The translations under genes were made by a program, and so were the position numbers. A stretch of DNA of 64,000 nucleotides from Spirochaetia bacterium (lineage in GTDB: Bacteria; Spirochaetota; Spirochaetia; CADAEX01), in the NCBI GenBank assembly GCA_963662265.2, contig CAXXHA010000010.1:311518-375517 (forward strand), in the 5' to 3' direction. Below the pieces are notes generated by a model. The model searched no databases, was not told the origin of the DNA, and saw nothing but the letters and a program-made list of their open reading frames with translations. Numbering within the stretch: position 1 is the stretch's first letter; every line of letters begins with the position of its first letter. This document shows, piece by piece, positions 29,844-40,046 of this stretch.

Positions 29844-30017
29844 TTAAAAATACCGGCCAAGCAATTCCGGAGTAATGAAACCAAGCTTCACAGCAATCTG
29901 GCCGAATCTTAAATCAGGATGTTCTTTCTGATAATCAAGAATTATATGCACCTCATCATCTGTTATTGCGCCGAGCCGTACAAGAAGTTCCCCGAATCTT
30001 TCTGTTGAATCTTTCAT
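29844..30017 (-). CDS. Stand-alone MshEN-like protein, 57 aa (putative c-di-GMP receptor)
   Basis: Translated by hand: MKDSTERFGELLVRLGAITDDEVHIILDYQKEHPDLRFGQIAVKLGFITPELLGRYF*; AAGGA RBS; too short for the ORF track. Confidence 0.75.
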   Translation of the reverse strand: MKDSTERFGELLVRLGAITDDEVHIILDYQKEHPDLRFGQIAVKLGFITPELLGRYF

Positions 30018-30207
30018 CTTTAAATATCCTTAACTTATATTATATATCTATTTCCGTTAACTGCAAATTCCAGCGGGAGAGTTATTAAAAAAACTGGTGA
30101 AACAGCTGTATTATACAAATTTATTTAAAAATTGCAGATTCCCTGTCGTTAAATCAAAAAAAAGCCTGCAGATAACTCCTGCAGGCTGTATATTATTTTC
30201 AATAGTA

Positions 30208-30819
30208 TTATGGAGAAGGTGCTGTTGTTACTTCACCCCTGAAATTGTCAATCTGGCTCTTGATAGAATCAAGCTTTGAAGATATTTCACTGTTTTTTGA
30301 TTCAGTTTTTGCAATATCCTGTTTTGATTTTTCTATCTCCGCTTTATTTTTCTCAATCAGCCTTTCTCTTCTTGCACTGTCCCGGGTGAGAAAAGCAACT
30401 TCTTCCTTATCAGACTTTGTCTGGTCCTCAAGAAATTTCCTTTCTTCAGACAGAAGAAATACAACACTCACAAGTTCATCCCTGTACTGATCAAGCCGTT
30501 TCTTGGTAGCCCTGTCTTTGGATTCCCTGTAGAGGTTATTTAAATCAAGGTTTGTCTGTGTAGTATAATCAATATTTTCATTAATTTTTTCTACTCTGGT
30601 TTCTGATTTTTGAATTCTGTCTTCGAGAAATGTTTTTCTTTCAGTATTGGCAGCAATTGTATCAGAATGATTCACATTTTCAGTTTCAAGAAAGGCTATC
30701 CGATTATTTGTCTTTTTTATGTCTACATAATTAAATTCTTCTGCTTCCTGTGCAAAGGCTGAAAATAATGAGCCGGCAAAAAGCATTATCATCAGTAAAT
30801 AAATTGGTTTCAATTTCAT
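30208..30819 (-). CDS. Secreted coiled-coil protein, paralogue of 30955-31557
   Basis: Signal peptide (AFA-Q), heptad-rich, GGAGG RBS. Confidence 0.75.
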   Translation of the reverse strand: MKLKPIYLLMIMLFAGSLFSAFAQEAEEFNYVDIKKTNNRIAFLETENVNHSDTIAANTERKTFLEDRIQKSETRVEKINENIDYTTQTNLDLNNLYRESKDRATKKRLDQYRDELVSVVFLLSEERKFLEDQTKSDKEEVAFLTRDSARRERLIEKNKAEIEKSKQDIAKTESKNSEISSKLDSIKSQIDNFRGEVTTAPSP

Positions 30820-30954
30820 CTATTCCTCCGGTATTTTTCCTCTTATAAAAATTATAGCAAAGGGACAGTGAATTTACAAATAAAAGATATTCCGGCTTTA
30901 AAAAAAAGCACTCCGGAATGGAGTGCTTAAACAAGAGTATATGTATAAATAAAA

Positions 30955-31557
30955 CTAATTAACAGAAATCGGGTCAGTAGTTACATTGCTTCTGTAATTA
31001 TCAAGCTGATCCTTGATTGTATCGAGTGTAGTGGATATTTCACTGTTTTTTGATTCTGTTCTAGCAATATCCTGCTTCAAAGAAGAAATTTCTCCATTGT
31101 TTTTCTCAATCAGCCTCTCTCTTCTTGCAGAATCCTTTTCTATAAAAGCAACTTCTTCTTTATCAAGCTTAATCTGGTTGTTCAATTCTTTTAACTCAGA
31201 TTTAAGCAGCCAGATCAGACTGACAATATCATCCCTGTAGACATCTATCTTTTCTTTTGTTTTTCTGTCCTGTGTTTCACTGTTAAGCCTGTTAACCTCA
31301 AGATTTTTCTGTTTTGCAAAATCAAGATTTTCATTTACCTGCGTAATTCTGTTTTCTGATTCTGTTATCCGGTTTTCGAGAAATGCCTTTCTTTCTCCAT
31401 TATCCGCTATTGAATCTTCATGGTTTTTATTTTCAGCTTCAAGAACTGATATCTGATTTTCTGCTTTCTTTATATCAACAAAACGACCTGTTTCCTGTGC
31501 ATAAGAAACAGAACAAAGTATTATTAATAAAATTAAAGAAAAGGATTTAAATTTCAT
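30955..31557 (-). CDS. Secreted coiled-coil protein, paralogue of 30208-30819
   Basis: Signal peptide (SYA-Q); shares VDIKK, DKEEVAF, DSARRERLIEKN and TESKNSEIS blocks; GGAGG RBS. Confidence 0.75.
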   Translation of the reverse strand: MKFKSFSLILLIILCSVSYAQETGRFVDIKKAENQISVLEAENKNHEDSIADNGERKAFLENRITESENRITQVNENLDFAKQKNLEVNRLNSETQDRKTKEKIDVYRDDIVSLIWLLKSELKELNNQIKLDKEEVAFIEKDSARRERLIEKNNGEISSLKQDIARTESKNSEISTTLDTIKDQLDNYRSNVTTDPISVN

Positions 31558-31706
31558 GTAAACCTCCGGTGTTCCTAACGTTATATCAGATGAAATACAA
31601 AATTACAATTGATATGAAAAACCAATATTCTGTATTTTATCAAAAGCTGATTCAGAAATAAAATAATGTGCTGTTGTAAAAAAGCCTGAACTGATAATAT
31701 CATTTC

Positions 31707-32543
31707 ATGGTTATTTTTTACGCACTCATGTCAGCCTTTTCTTTTGGAACAGCCGATTTTCTGGGGGGCTTCTCCTCAAGAAAAAACTCAACAACTGTCA
31801 CAGTAGCCTGGTCGCAGGGAGCAGGGCTTATAACTGTGCTTATAGCGGCTCCGCTGATGGGTGCAGAGCATATTGCTGGTTATGATATTTTCTGGGGAAT
31901 GGCAGGGGGAGTATCGGGGGCTCTTGGAGTACTTGTACTGTTTCACGGACTTTCGACAGGAATAGCATCTATTGTTTCCCCGATCGCGGCTCTCTCAGGC
32001 GCTGCATTTCCAGTGCTGTTCGGTTTTATTACAGGAGAAAGGCCGCCCCTCTTAACATGGACAGGAGTTGCTCTTTCCCTCCCGGCCATACTTCTCCTTT
32101 CATGGGAAAAGGGGGATAAAAATAACCACGTTATCAGATCCCTGCGTATGGGGCTTGTTTCAGGTGCTCTTTTCGGAGGCTTTTTCATATTGCTGTCCCG
32201 TACATCTGAAAGCTCGGGAATGTGGCCCCTTCTTGCGGCCCGTTTTACAACAGTTCCGCTTTTTATTCTTATTTCAGTTATCAGAAAGTCAAAACTCAGG
32301 CTGGAAAAAGGGACAAGAAGGATTACAGTCTTCAGCGGAATCCTGGATATGGCTGCAAATGTGTTTTATATACTTGCCGTCAGAACAGGGTATCTTATTT
32401 TCGCGGTAATACTTTCCGCTCTTTACCCTGCACCAACAGTAATTCTACAGAAGATATTTCTGCATGAAAAGCTCACCAGAATGAGAATTATCGGCCTTGT
32501 TCTGTCAATCACAGGAGCAGCCCTTATCGGCATCGGTGGATAG
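31707..32543 (+). CDS. DMT/EamA family transporter
   Basis: About 10 TM helices in two repeats, GTADFLGG, GIASIVSPI, LYPA.TV, LHEKL. Confidence 0.85.
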   Translation: MVIFYALMSAFSFGTADFLGGFSSRKNSTTVTVAWSQGAGLITVLIAAPLMGAEHIAGYDIFWGMAGGVSGALGVLVLFHGLSTGIASIVSPIAALSGAAFPVLFGFITGERPPLLTWTGVALSLPAILLLSWEKGDKNNHVIRSLRMGLVSGALFGGFFILLSRTSESSGMWPLLAARFTTVPLFILISVIRKSKLRLEKGTRRITVFSGILDMAANVFYILAVRTGYLIFAVILSALYPAPTVILQKIFLHEKLTRMRIIGLVLSITGAALIGIGG

Positions 32544-32684
32544 ACAGGCAGAATTATTGCATTGATTAAAACCAAAAACCGGGCCATTCGAAGGGAAAGG
32601 ACCCGACAGCAATACAGAGGGCTTTTGATTTAGAAAATAATTATGTTTGACTTATCGGAACTCATTATTTAATCTTTAAATCAT

Positions 32685-33437
32685 ATGAAAATAATAATGT
32701 TTATCCTGTCCCTGTTTACATGGTGTGAAATAATTCTCTGTTTTGTTATATTTTTTCCGTTTCAGTTTCTCCTTTTCCTGCTTACAGTTTTTTTTGACAG
32801 GAAAAGAAAGCTTCTGCATTACAACTCATCGCTCTGGTGCGCTCTTTCTCTTTTTTTAAGCCCTCTGTGGTCAATTGAAATAAAAGGAAAGGAAAACCTC
32901 GACAGAAAAAAACCGCATATTGTTGTAATGAACCACCAGTCGCTTATAGATATTCTTCTTACATTCCGGCTCTTCTATCCCTTTAAAATGATTGGGAAAA
33001 AAGTACTGGGACTTGTGCCGATAGTAGGATGGAACCTTGTATTGAGCGGGCACCTCCTTGTCGACAGAAAAAACACAAAAAGCCAGTTTGGGGCGATAAG
33101 AAAGATGGAGAACCTGATAAAGCAGGGAGAATCAATGTTTGTTTATCCTGAAGGGACCAGAACCAGGAACGGAGAAATCGGAGAATTCAAAAAAGGGGCA
33201 TTCAGGACAGCAGTTTCAACAAACACACAAATCCTTCCCATTGTCATAGACGGCCCCTATCAGCTGCTTCCCAAAAAAGGCTTTGTGATAAACAACTTCA
33301 GAAAAATATATATAGAGATTCTTCCTCCGGTGGAAATCAAGGAAGGGGCAAAAGCATCCGACCTGGCAGAGGAAACAAGGGCTGTAATGTACAGTGTTTT
33401 GAAAAATATAAGAGAAAAAGAGAGTTCTGGTGATTAG
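32685..33437 (+). CDS. plsC: 1-acyl-sn-glycerol-3-phosphate acyltransferase
   Basis: NHQSLID, VDR, YPEGTR, FKKGAF, PIVI. Confidence 0.85.
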   Translation: MKIIMFILSLFTWCEIILCFVIFFPFQFLLFLLTVFFDRKRKLLHYNSSLWCALSLFLSPLWSIEIKGKENLDRKKPHIVVMNHQSLIDILLTFRLFYPFKMIGKKVLGLVPIVGWNLVLSGHLLVDRKNTKSQFGAIRKMENLIKQGESMFVYPEGTRTRNGEIGEFKKGAFRTAVSTNTQILPIVIDGPYQLLPKKGFVINNFRKIYIEILPPVEIKEGAKASDLAEETRAVMYSVLKNIREKESSGD

Positions 33438-33546
33438 TCAGTCAAAAACTGCCGGCCCTGTAAACTGACAGGGCTTTCAGAACGATATTCCTGTATAAAA
33501 CAATACGACAATATTTGGATTGTATGCAAATTTTCCAGGTGATGAT

Positions 33547-35871
33547 TCAGTTTTTTGCCAGAATTTCTTCAAAATCAGCAGAAGGAAGAGGCTTGCTGTA
33601 GAAAAACCCCTGATGATAGCGGCAGCCCAGCCCGGCGAGCTTTTCAGCCTGATCTTCATCCTCAACCCCCTCCGCAACAACTTGCATATTAAAATTGCCG
33701 GATATCGACAGGATAGCCTCCACAAGGGCAGAATCATTTTCATCATTTATAATATCCCTGATAAATGCCCGGTCTATTTTGATGATATTCAGGGCAAGGT
33801 TTTTAAGATATGTAAGAGAGGAATATCCAGTACCGAAATCATCAAGAGCAAATGAAATATCCAGTTTTCTTAAATCAGACACAGTTCCTGCAGTTTTTTC
33901 AATATTTTCTATCAGAACATTTTCAGTAATTTCCAGAACAATCATCTCCGGCGGAATATTATATTTTTGTATATTATTCAGGAGCAGCTCCGAAAAGTTA
34001 TCCTGTTTCAACTGGGTAACACTGATATTAATTGAAACATATTTTAACGGATAGCTGAATTTATTGTTCCACTCTTCAAGCTTTTTACAGACCTCTTCAA
34101 TAATCCATTCACCCATGGGAAGAATTAAGCCAGTCTCCTCTGCAAGAGGAATAAAATCAGAAGGAGAGACAATTCCCATTTCAGGATGAAGCCACCTTAT
34201 CAAGGCTTCGGCGCCAGCATATTTTTTTTCCTTAAAATCATAAATCGGCTGAAAATTAAGAACAAATTCCTTATTTTCTACAGCATGTCTGAGACTGCTT
34301 TCAAGCTTCATTCTCTTTTCTATAGAGACGTTCATCTCTTCATTAAAGTAATGGGTACAGCTTCTTCCGCTTCTTTTTGCCTCATACATTGCTGTATCAG
34401 CATTTTTCAAAAGATCATCGATATTGAGATCATTACCGGAAAACAAGGAAATTCCAATACTTGTAGATGTGTAGAGCTTTTTTTCAACCATTTTATATGG
34501 CTGCGACAGCTTTTTATGTATTTTATCAGCTACAAAACTTGCAGATCTGATAGCCTCTTCTGTATTATTCTGCAGTCTCGGGAGGAGAACAATAAACTCA
34601 TCTCCTCCGATACGGGAAACAGTATCTTCCGCCCGTATAATTGATTTTATCCGTTCTGCAGTTTCAATCAGAATTTTATCACCTACATGATGACCGAGAG
34701 TATCATTAATCACTTTGAAATTATCAAGATCAAGAAACAGAATTGCCCCCATACAACCAGTTCGCCGGGCCCTCGCCAGAGCAGAGCCGGTACGGTCTTT
34801 AAGCAGAAGCCGGTTGGGGAGACCTGTCAGCGAATCATGATAAGCAAGATGGCGGACTTTCTCCTCTATAAGCTGGTATTCTGTCCTGTCCTGAAGAATT
34901 CCCACTGCTCCTGTCAGAACACCGTTACGGTCATAAACGGGGGAACATTTCATTGCGATCCATTTTTTACTGCTTGATATAGTAGTATGATAATCACCTT
35001 CGTAGAATCCGGTCTCTTCGTTGACTGCATCCTGAAGAGCCTGGAGAATTCTTTTATCCCGGATACTATTCATATTGAAGTTAATCATATTATCTATTGA
35101 TGTTTCCACAATTGAGCAGAATTCTTCATTGCAGTCATAAATGACTAAATCCATGTCATAATAAAAAATCCCCACAGGTGCATGTTTGAAAATTGTCCTG
35201 AATTTTTTCTCACTCGCAGTAAGTTCATCGGTTGTTTTCCTGCTTATCCATGCGTAATAAATATTTTCATAAATAATTTTATAAAATTTATTACCAATGC
35301 CTAATATCATAAAATAATAAATAAGGAGAAGAACTGCGGCTGATTTATAATATTCAGCATCCAAAAGAAAAAGCCTTGCCGTAAAGGGAATAACAAGAAA
35401 AGACAGAAAAAGAAAAACCTGTTTTAAATCACTTGCAAGGGTAACAGTACTACCGGTTCCTATTCCCAGAATACAGACAATAATAAACATGTTTACAGAA
35501 TAATCATCTGTAAGAAGAACAAAACCGGAAAATCCCCAGACAAAAGCGGAAAGCAGCATCATCAGGACAAACAGAGAATAAAATGTTTTATGGTTTTTTT
35601 CTTTCTGCCTGTTGAACAAAACAGATATAAAGAATCTTGCCGAGGAAACTAAAAAGACAGAAGAATACCAGTAAATAAGCAGACTTTTATCTACATGATT
35701 CCTCAAAATTAATACAAGAACAAAGGCTGTAAACAAATACATACCTGTGCTTAAAGGAACAACTTTAGAGAGGTATTTCAGTTTTTCTTTTTCAAGTAAT
35801 TTATTATCAGGAATTTCGGGACCTGCATCACGTTTATCAAGGCTGATATTCAGTTTCTTTTTATTATTCAT
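33547..35871 (-). CDS. Membrane PAS-GGDEF-EAL c-di-GMP enzyme
   Basis: N-terminal TM helices, PAS, HDSLTGLPNR, GGDEF, AEALIRW, LDDFGTGYSS, VAEGVE. Confidence 0.93.
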   Translation of the reverse strand: MNNKKKLNISLDKRDAGPEIPDNKLLEKEKLKYLSKVVPLSTGMYLFTAFVLVLILRNHVDKSLLIYWYSSVFLVSSARFFISVLFNRQKEKNHKTFYSLFVLMMLLSAFVWGFSGFVLLTDDYSVNMFIIVCILGIGTGSTVTLASDLKQVFLFLSFLVIPFTARLFLLDAEYYKSAAVLLLIYYFMILGIGNKFYKIIYENIYYAWISRKTTDELTASEKKFRTIFKHAPVGIFYYDMDLVIYDCNEEFCSIVETSIDNMINFNMNSIRDKRILQALQDAVNEETGFYEGDYHTTISSSKKWIAMKCSPVYDRNGVLTGAVGILQDRTEYQLIEEKVRHLAYHDSLTGLPNRLLLKDRTGSALARARRTGCMGAILFLDLDNFKVINDTLGHHVGDKILIETAERIKSIIRAEDTVSRIGGDEFIVLLPRLQNNTEEAIRSASFVADKIHKKLSQPYKMVEKKLYTSTSIGISLFSGNDLNIDDLLKNADTAMYEAKRSGRSCTHYFNEEMNVSIEKRMKLESSLRHAVENKEFVLNFQPIYDFKEKKYAGAEALIRWLHPEMGIVSPSDFIPLAEETGLILPMGEWIIEEVCKKLEEWNNKFSYPLKYVSINISVTQLKQDNFSELLLNNIQKYNIPPEMIVLEITENVLIENIEKTAGTVSDLRKLDISFALDDFGTGYSSLTYLKNLALNIIKIDRAFIRDIINDENDSALVEAILSISGNFNMQVVAEGVEDEDQAEKLAGLGCRYHQGFFYSKPLPSADFEEILAKN

Positions 35872-36057
35872 TTACTTAATTATAATACAATTTTCTGAAT
35901 CTGAAAGTTGATATTTTCAAGTTTTGCTCCTGCATTATCGTTATAAATAAACTGCTCTATGTTCATCAATAGTATAAATTCTTACAATATAAGAAGTTCT
36001 AAAGCCGGGTTTTTACCCGGGGTAGACGAAAAGGGATTATTGTATTATCTTATATAC

Positions 36058-36301
36058 AACAGACATGAAAATGAAGTAATTCCTTGAAGTACTGATGCAT
36101 TTACTGGTAAATAACGGCCAGTTGCATAATCTGGAAACTTGGTTTGAAAAATTTTATTCATAGAACTGGGGCTTATCCAGGGTCTTTTAAAAAGGCAATG
36201 GGACTGCTACTAATCTAGCAGCAAAGCAGTAGCTGAAAAGCTTAGCTTAAGCACTCTAACTCTGTAATCAAATGATTATAGGTTTAGAGTGCTTTTTTTT
36301 T
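36058..36301 (+). promoter_or_regulatory. Structured 5' leader ending in an intrinsic terminator (candidate riboswitch or attenuator)
   Basis: Several hairpins, then AAGCACTCTAA...TTAGAGTGC-T9 about 50 bp before the start codon; no upstream plus-strand gene. Confidence 0.6.
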
Positions 36302-36352
36302 GATTAAAAAACTACCCAATTTATTGGGAAAAAATACATGGAGGGAATTTAC

Positions 36353-37234
36353 ATGAAAAAATTAGTACTTTTACTAATAGTTTTAACTGTGCTATTACCA
36401 GCAGTTATCTTCGCAGGAGGTAACAGCGAAAAAGAAGAAACAAAAACAGTTAAACTTACTTACGTAAACTGGGAAGAAGGTGTGGCCTGGACACATATGA
36501 TTGCAGCAGTTCTTGAAGACGAATATGGATGCAAAGTTGAGCTTACTGCAGCAGATGTAGCTCCAGCTATATCTTCAGTAGCAAACGGGGATCAGGACTT
36601 TTTCATGGAAGGATGGCTGCCCAATCTTCATACTGTATACACAGAAGGAACAGATATTGTTAAAATCAAGAAGATATATGACAAAGGTATTGTCGGTCTT
36701 ATTATTCCGAAGTATATGGCTGAAGAGGGTGTAAAAACCATATCGGATCTTGCAAAACCGGAAGTAGCGAAAAAGCTTGATTACAAGATTACAGGTATCG
36801 ACTCAGGTGCTGGAATGATGATTCAGTGCGAAGAAGAGATTATGCCAAAGTATGGTCTCGTTGACGCAGGAATAGAACTTATAGCTTCTTCAGGCCCTGC
36901 TATGCTTGCAGCAATGGACGCAGCAATCAAGAAAAATGAGTACATCGTAGGAATGGGATGGCAGCCGCATTCAATGTTCGGAAGATACGACCTTCTTATC
37001 CTTGAACAGGATAAAGAAAAAATATATGCTCCCGATGATATCTTTATTCTCGGCCGGCCTGACGTTGAAGAGGAACTTCCTGAAGTTACCGCTTTCATAA
37101 AGAATGTCTACTGGACAAATGAAACTATAGGGTCTCTTATGGTTTACATTGCTGATTCAAAAAAGGATACTCTCGAAGCAGCAAGAGAATGGAAGGATGC
37201 AAATCCTGAAGTATGGAAGGACTGGGTAAACTAA
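36353..37234 (+). CDS. Glycine betaine/choline ABC substrate-binding protein (OpuAC/ProX family), orphan
   Basis: YVNWEEG, EGWLP.LH, ITGIDSGAG, GWQPHSMF; FAGG signal peptide. Confidence 0.88.
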   Translation: MKKLVLLLIVLTVLLPAVIFAGGNSEKEETKTVKLTYVNWEEGVAWTHMIAAVLEDEYGCKVELTAADVAPAISSVANGDQDFFMEGWLPNLHTVYTEGTDIVKIKKIYDKGIVGLIIPKYMAEEGVKTISDLAKPEVAKKLDYKITGIDSGAGMMIQCEEEIMPKYGLVDAGIELIASSGPAMLAAMDAAIKKNEYIVGMGWQPHSMFGRYDLLILEQDKEKIYAPDDIFILGRPDVEEELPEVTAFIKNVYWTNETIGSLMVYIADSKKDTLEAAREWKDANPEVWKDWVN

Positions 37235-37257
37235 GTTCACCTGCTCAATATCATATC

Positions 37258-37285
37258 GCTGCCTGTGTTTCGGGCAGCTTTTTTT
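37258..37285 (+). terminator. Intrinsic terminator
   Basis: GCTGCCTG-loop-CGGGCAGC followed by a T-run. Confidence 0.7.
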
Positions 37286-37524
37286 AACTATTTAACAATT
37301 AATAATGTGTAATCTGAGATTTAAGACAGTGGAATATTTTTTTATATAATTAAAATTAATATAAAAAATATTATTTTATCAGGATTTAATATGACTATAT
37401 TCTGATACAGTTCAAAGAATTATATGAAAATCTTTATCTGATACGGAAGCAACAACCCGAGAATCCTGTGATATATTAACATAAGTACACAGCTGTGATT
37501 ATCAAATCTTGAAGCGAGGAAAAT

Positions 37525-38031
37525 ATGTCTTTAGATCATAATATAAAATCCATAGAAAAATTAATTAGATCAGTTACAGATTTTGATTATTTTTCACTGA
37601 TTCCTCCTTTGTATATTGATTCAAACAGCGAAGATGATTCTTTTGGAATAAATATATATCAGACAGAAAAAGAGCCTTCCATGGAATTGTGGATAGAATC
37701 ATTGAAAACCAACAAACAGCTTCTGATAATATTTCATTATCCGCCTGATGAAGAATTACAGACATACTGTATCGACGGAATAGAAAGGCCGATTTCAAGC
37801 TATGAACTGGAAAATGGTCTGTCTGTCAGCTATATGGAAGAGTCTATGGCATTTTTTATTGCTGTATCTGAAAAAATAGAGATAACACCCGGAATAATCG
37901 GGGGATATAACGGGCAGCCGGAGTTTTTTACACCGAACAATCTTCATCCGGATATTTTACGGGCTTTTTCTTTTATGACTGAAAACTTTTTCTGTTTTAA
38001 TTATGTAAAAAGCCCTTCAAAAACCTGGTAA
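37525..38031 (+). CDS. Hypothetical protein
   Basis: 168-aa ORF with GAGGA RBS; no recognised motif. Confidence 0.6.
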   Translation: MSLDHNIKSIEKLIRSVTDFDYFSLIPPLYIDSNSEDDSFGINIYQTEKEPSMELWIESLKTNKQLLIIFHYPPDEELQTYCIDGIERPISSYELENGLSVSYMEESMAFFIAVSEKIEITPGIIGGYNGQPEFFTPNNLHPDILRAFSFMTENFFCFNYVKSPSKTW

Positions 38032-38220
38032 TTAATTAATATCGAACACGAGAGGAAAAACAAACCTCCGGTGCGGATCAAGTCACAAAAAAAGCTTCCC
38101 GAAATACGGGAAGCTCAGCTGGCCTGTCAAGTCCATCTTTCCTCTGTTCACATATAACGTATAAAGGAGGAAAGACACAGTATATCTATGAAATATGTAT
38201 AATCACCAATTCGTTACATG

Positions 38221-39249
38221 TCACTCGGCCAGTACGCATATTCCGCTTTCTGGAAAATTCAGCTTTATTGTATCCCCTGTATTAAGAGCTATACTGTCGC
38301 CGGTGTTTACTATAATATCGCCTAATTCAGATTCCACTTCATACTGATAACTGTCTCCAAGGTATGTTCTTACTCTTATATGACCTTCAATTAAAGATTC
38401 GCCCTCCTGATCAACAGAGATATTCTGAGGCCGGATTGCTATTTTTTTTACATTATCCCGATCTCTGGCTTTTATCTCTTTACCGTTACTCAGCCTGTAT
38501 ACACCCCGGCCTACCTTTGTAACATCAAGCAGGTTTTTAAACCCTACAAATTCAGCAACAAATATCGAGCCTGGATTACTGTAGATATTTTCAGGAGTAT
38601 CATACTGCTCTATCTTACCGTTATTCATGATAGCTACTTTATCAGAAATAGAAAAACATTCTTCCTGATCATGGGTAATAAGTATTGTTGTGATTTTGTA
38701 TTTCTGCTGCATCTTCTTAATCTGGGCCCTCATTTCTATCCTGAGTTTTGCATCAAGATTTGAAAGGGGCTCATCCAGAAGAAGCAGTTTCGGAGATATA
38801 ACAAGGGCCCTTGCAAGAGCCACTCTCTGCCTCTGCCCGCCGCTTAAATTAGCAGGTTTCCTGTCTTTAAGATCTGTCAATCCTACTGTTTCCAGTATAT
38901 CCAGAACCTTTTTTTCCCTCTGGTCAGCCGGAATTTTTCTCAGCTTTAAGCCGTAGGCCACGTTCTCATAAACTGTCATATTGGGAAACAGTGCATATGA
39001 CTGAAAAACAATACCGAAGTTCCGTTTATTTATGGGTACTCTTGAATAATCAACATTATCTATCAGGATTTCCCCTTCACGGGCATCCAGAAACCCGGCA
39101 ACAGCCTTGAGAGTGGTTGTTTTACCGCAGCCGGAAGGACCTAAAATTGAAACAAGTGTTCCATTTTCTATATCTAAATTATAATCTTCCAATATATTGA
39201 CTTTTCCATCATATGAAACTTTCAAGTCATTAAGCTGTAATCTTGACAT
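38221..39249 (-). CDS. ABC transporter ATP-binding protein (PotA-like)
   Basis: GPSGCGKTT, LSGGQRQR, LLLDEPLSNLD, C-terminal TOBE. Confidence 0.92.
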   Translation of the reverse strand: MSRLQLNDLKVSYDGKVNILEDYNLDIENGTLVSILGPSGCGKTTTLKAVAGFLDAREGEILIDNVDYSRVPINKRNFGIVFQSYALFPNMTVYENVAYGLKLRKIPADQREKKVLDILETVGLTDLKDRKPANLSGGQRQRVALARALVISPKLLLLDEPLSNLDAKLRIEMRAQIKKMQQKYKITTILITHDQEECFSISDKVAIMNNGKIEQYDTPENIYSNPGSIFVAEFVGFKNLLDVTKVGRGVYRLSNGKEIKARDRDNVKKIAIRPQNISVDQEGESLIEGHIRVRTYLGDSYQYEVESELGDIIVNTGDSIALNTGDTIKLNFPESGICVLAE

Positions 39250-39251
39250 GT

Positions 39252-40046
39252 CTACCTACCGTAATTATTCAGACCTATAGTCTTTTCAATAAAATATGTA
39301 ATACCAATTGTTATAAATAAAAGAACAACTGAAACAGCTGCAACCGATGGATTCCCGTATTTTTCAACATCCTGCATCATTATTATTGGAAGCGGGGTTG
39401 CTCCTCTGCCGTACAGGAATATTGAGATAGGAATATTATTAAACGAAGTAATAAATGAAAGTACAGATGCAGACACTATTGCCGGAGTTATACTGGGCAG
39501 CAAAATATGAAGTACAAAATCCTTCTTCGTTGCCCCCAGGCTCAAAGCTGCATCTTCGATTACAAAGTCAAACTTATCAAATGCTCCGCCCACTACTCTT
39601 ATTGTATAAGGGAATAATATTATAATATGCGCCATCATCAATACCAGTAATTTCGGCAGCTTCATATCAAATTCCTTTGCAATAAAAACCCAACATAAAA
39701 AGAGAGAATAACTTAAGACGATTCCCGGAATCAATACAGGTGAAAAGAAGATATTCTTAATTCCTTTAGTAAATTTATCATCATACTTGGCTATGCCATA
39801 GGCAACAGGAATCCCGAAAAATAATGAAATTATTGTCGCTATTATCCCCACTTTAAAACTGATATTAAACCCGGATATATAGCTGCTGTTAAACGCTGTT
39901 TTATACCATTTAAGAGAAAAGCCTTCTATCGGGTAGGTCAATATATCATTGCTGTTGAAAGATGCAACTGCAGTAATAAACAAAGGATAGATCAGATAAA
40001 AGAATACCAGGCAGACAAAAATTGTCAGTAATTTACTTTTCTTCAT
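39252..40046 (-). CDS. ABC transporter permease (PotC-like)
   Basis: GFSLKWY, EDAALSLGA EAA motif. Confidence 0.9.
   Translation of the reverse strand: MKKSKLLTIFVCLVFFYLIYPLFITAVASFNSNDILTYPIEGFSLKWYKTAFNSSYISGFNISFKVGIIATIISLFFGIPVAYGIAKYDDKFTKGIKNIFFSPVLIPGIVLSYSLFLCWVFIAKEFDMKLPKLLVLMMAHIIILFPYTIRVVGGAFDKFDFVIEDAALSLGATKKDFVLHILLPSITPAIVSASVLSFITSFNNIPISIFLYGRGATPLPIIMMQDVEKYGNPSVAAVSVVLLFITIGITYFIEKTIGLNNYGR

Noticed and set aside
36170-36250. SAM-I, ydaO or M-box assignment for the leader (CTTATCCAG, GGGACTG, GGGGCTTATC, CAATGGG fragments)
   Set aside because: Only short fragments match; required elements such as the SAM-I GCAACC and closing GATAA, or the ydaO GGGGGA and GTCAGCTAAC blocks, are absent.
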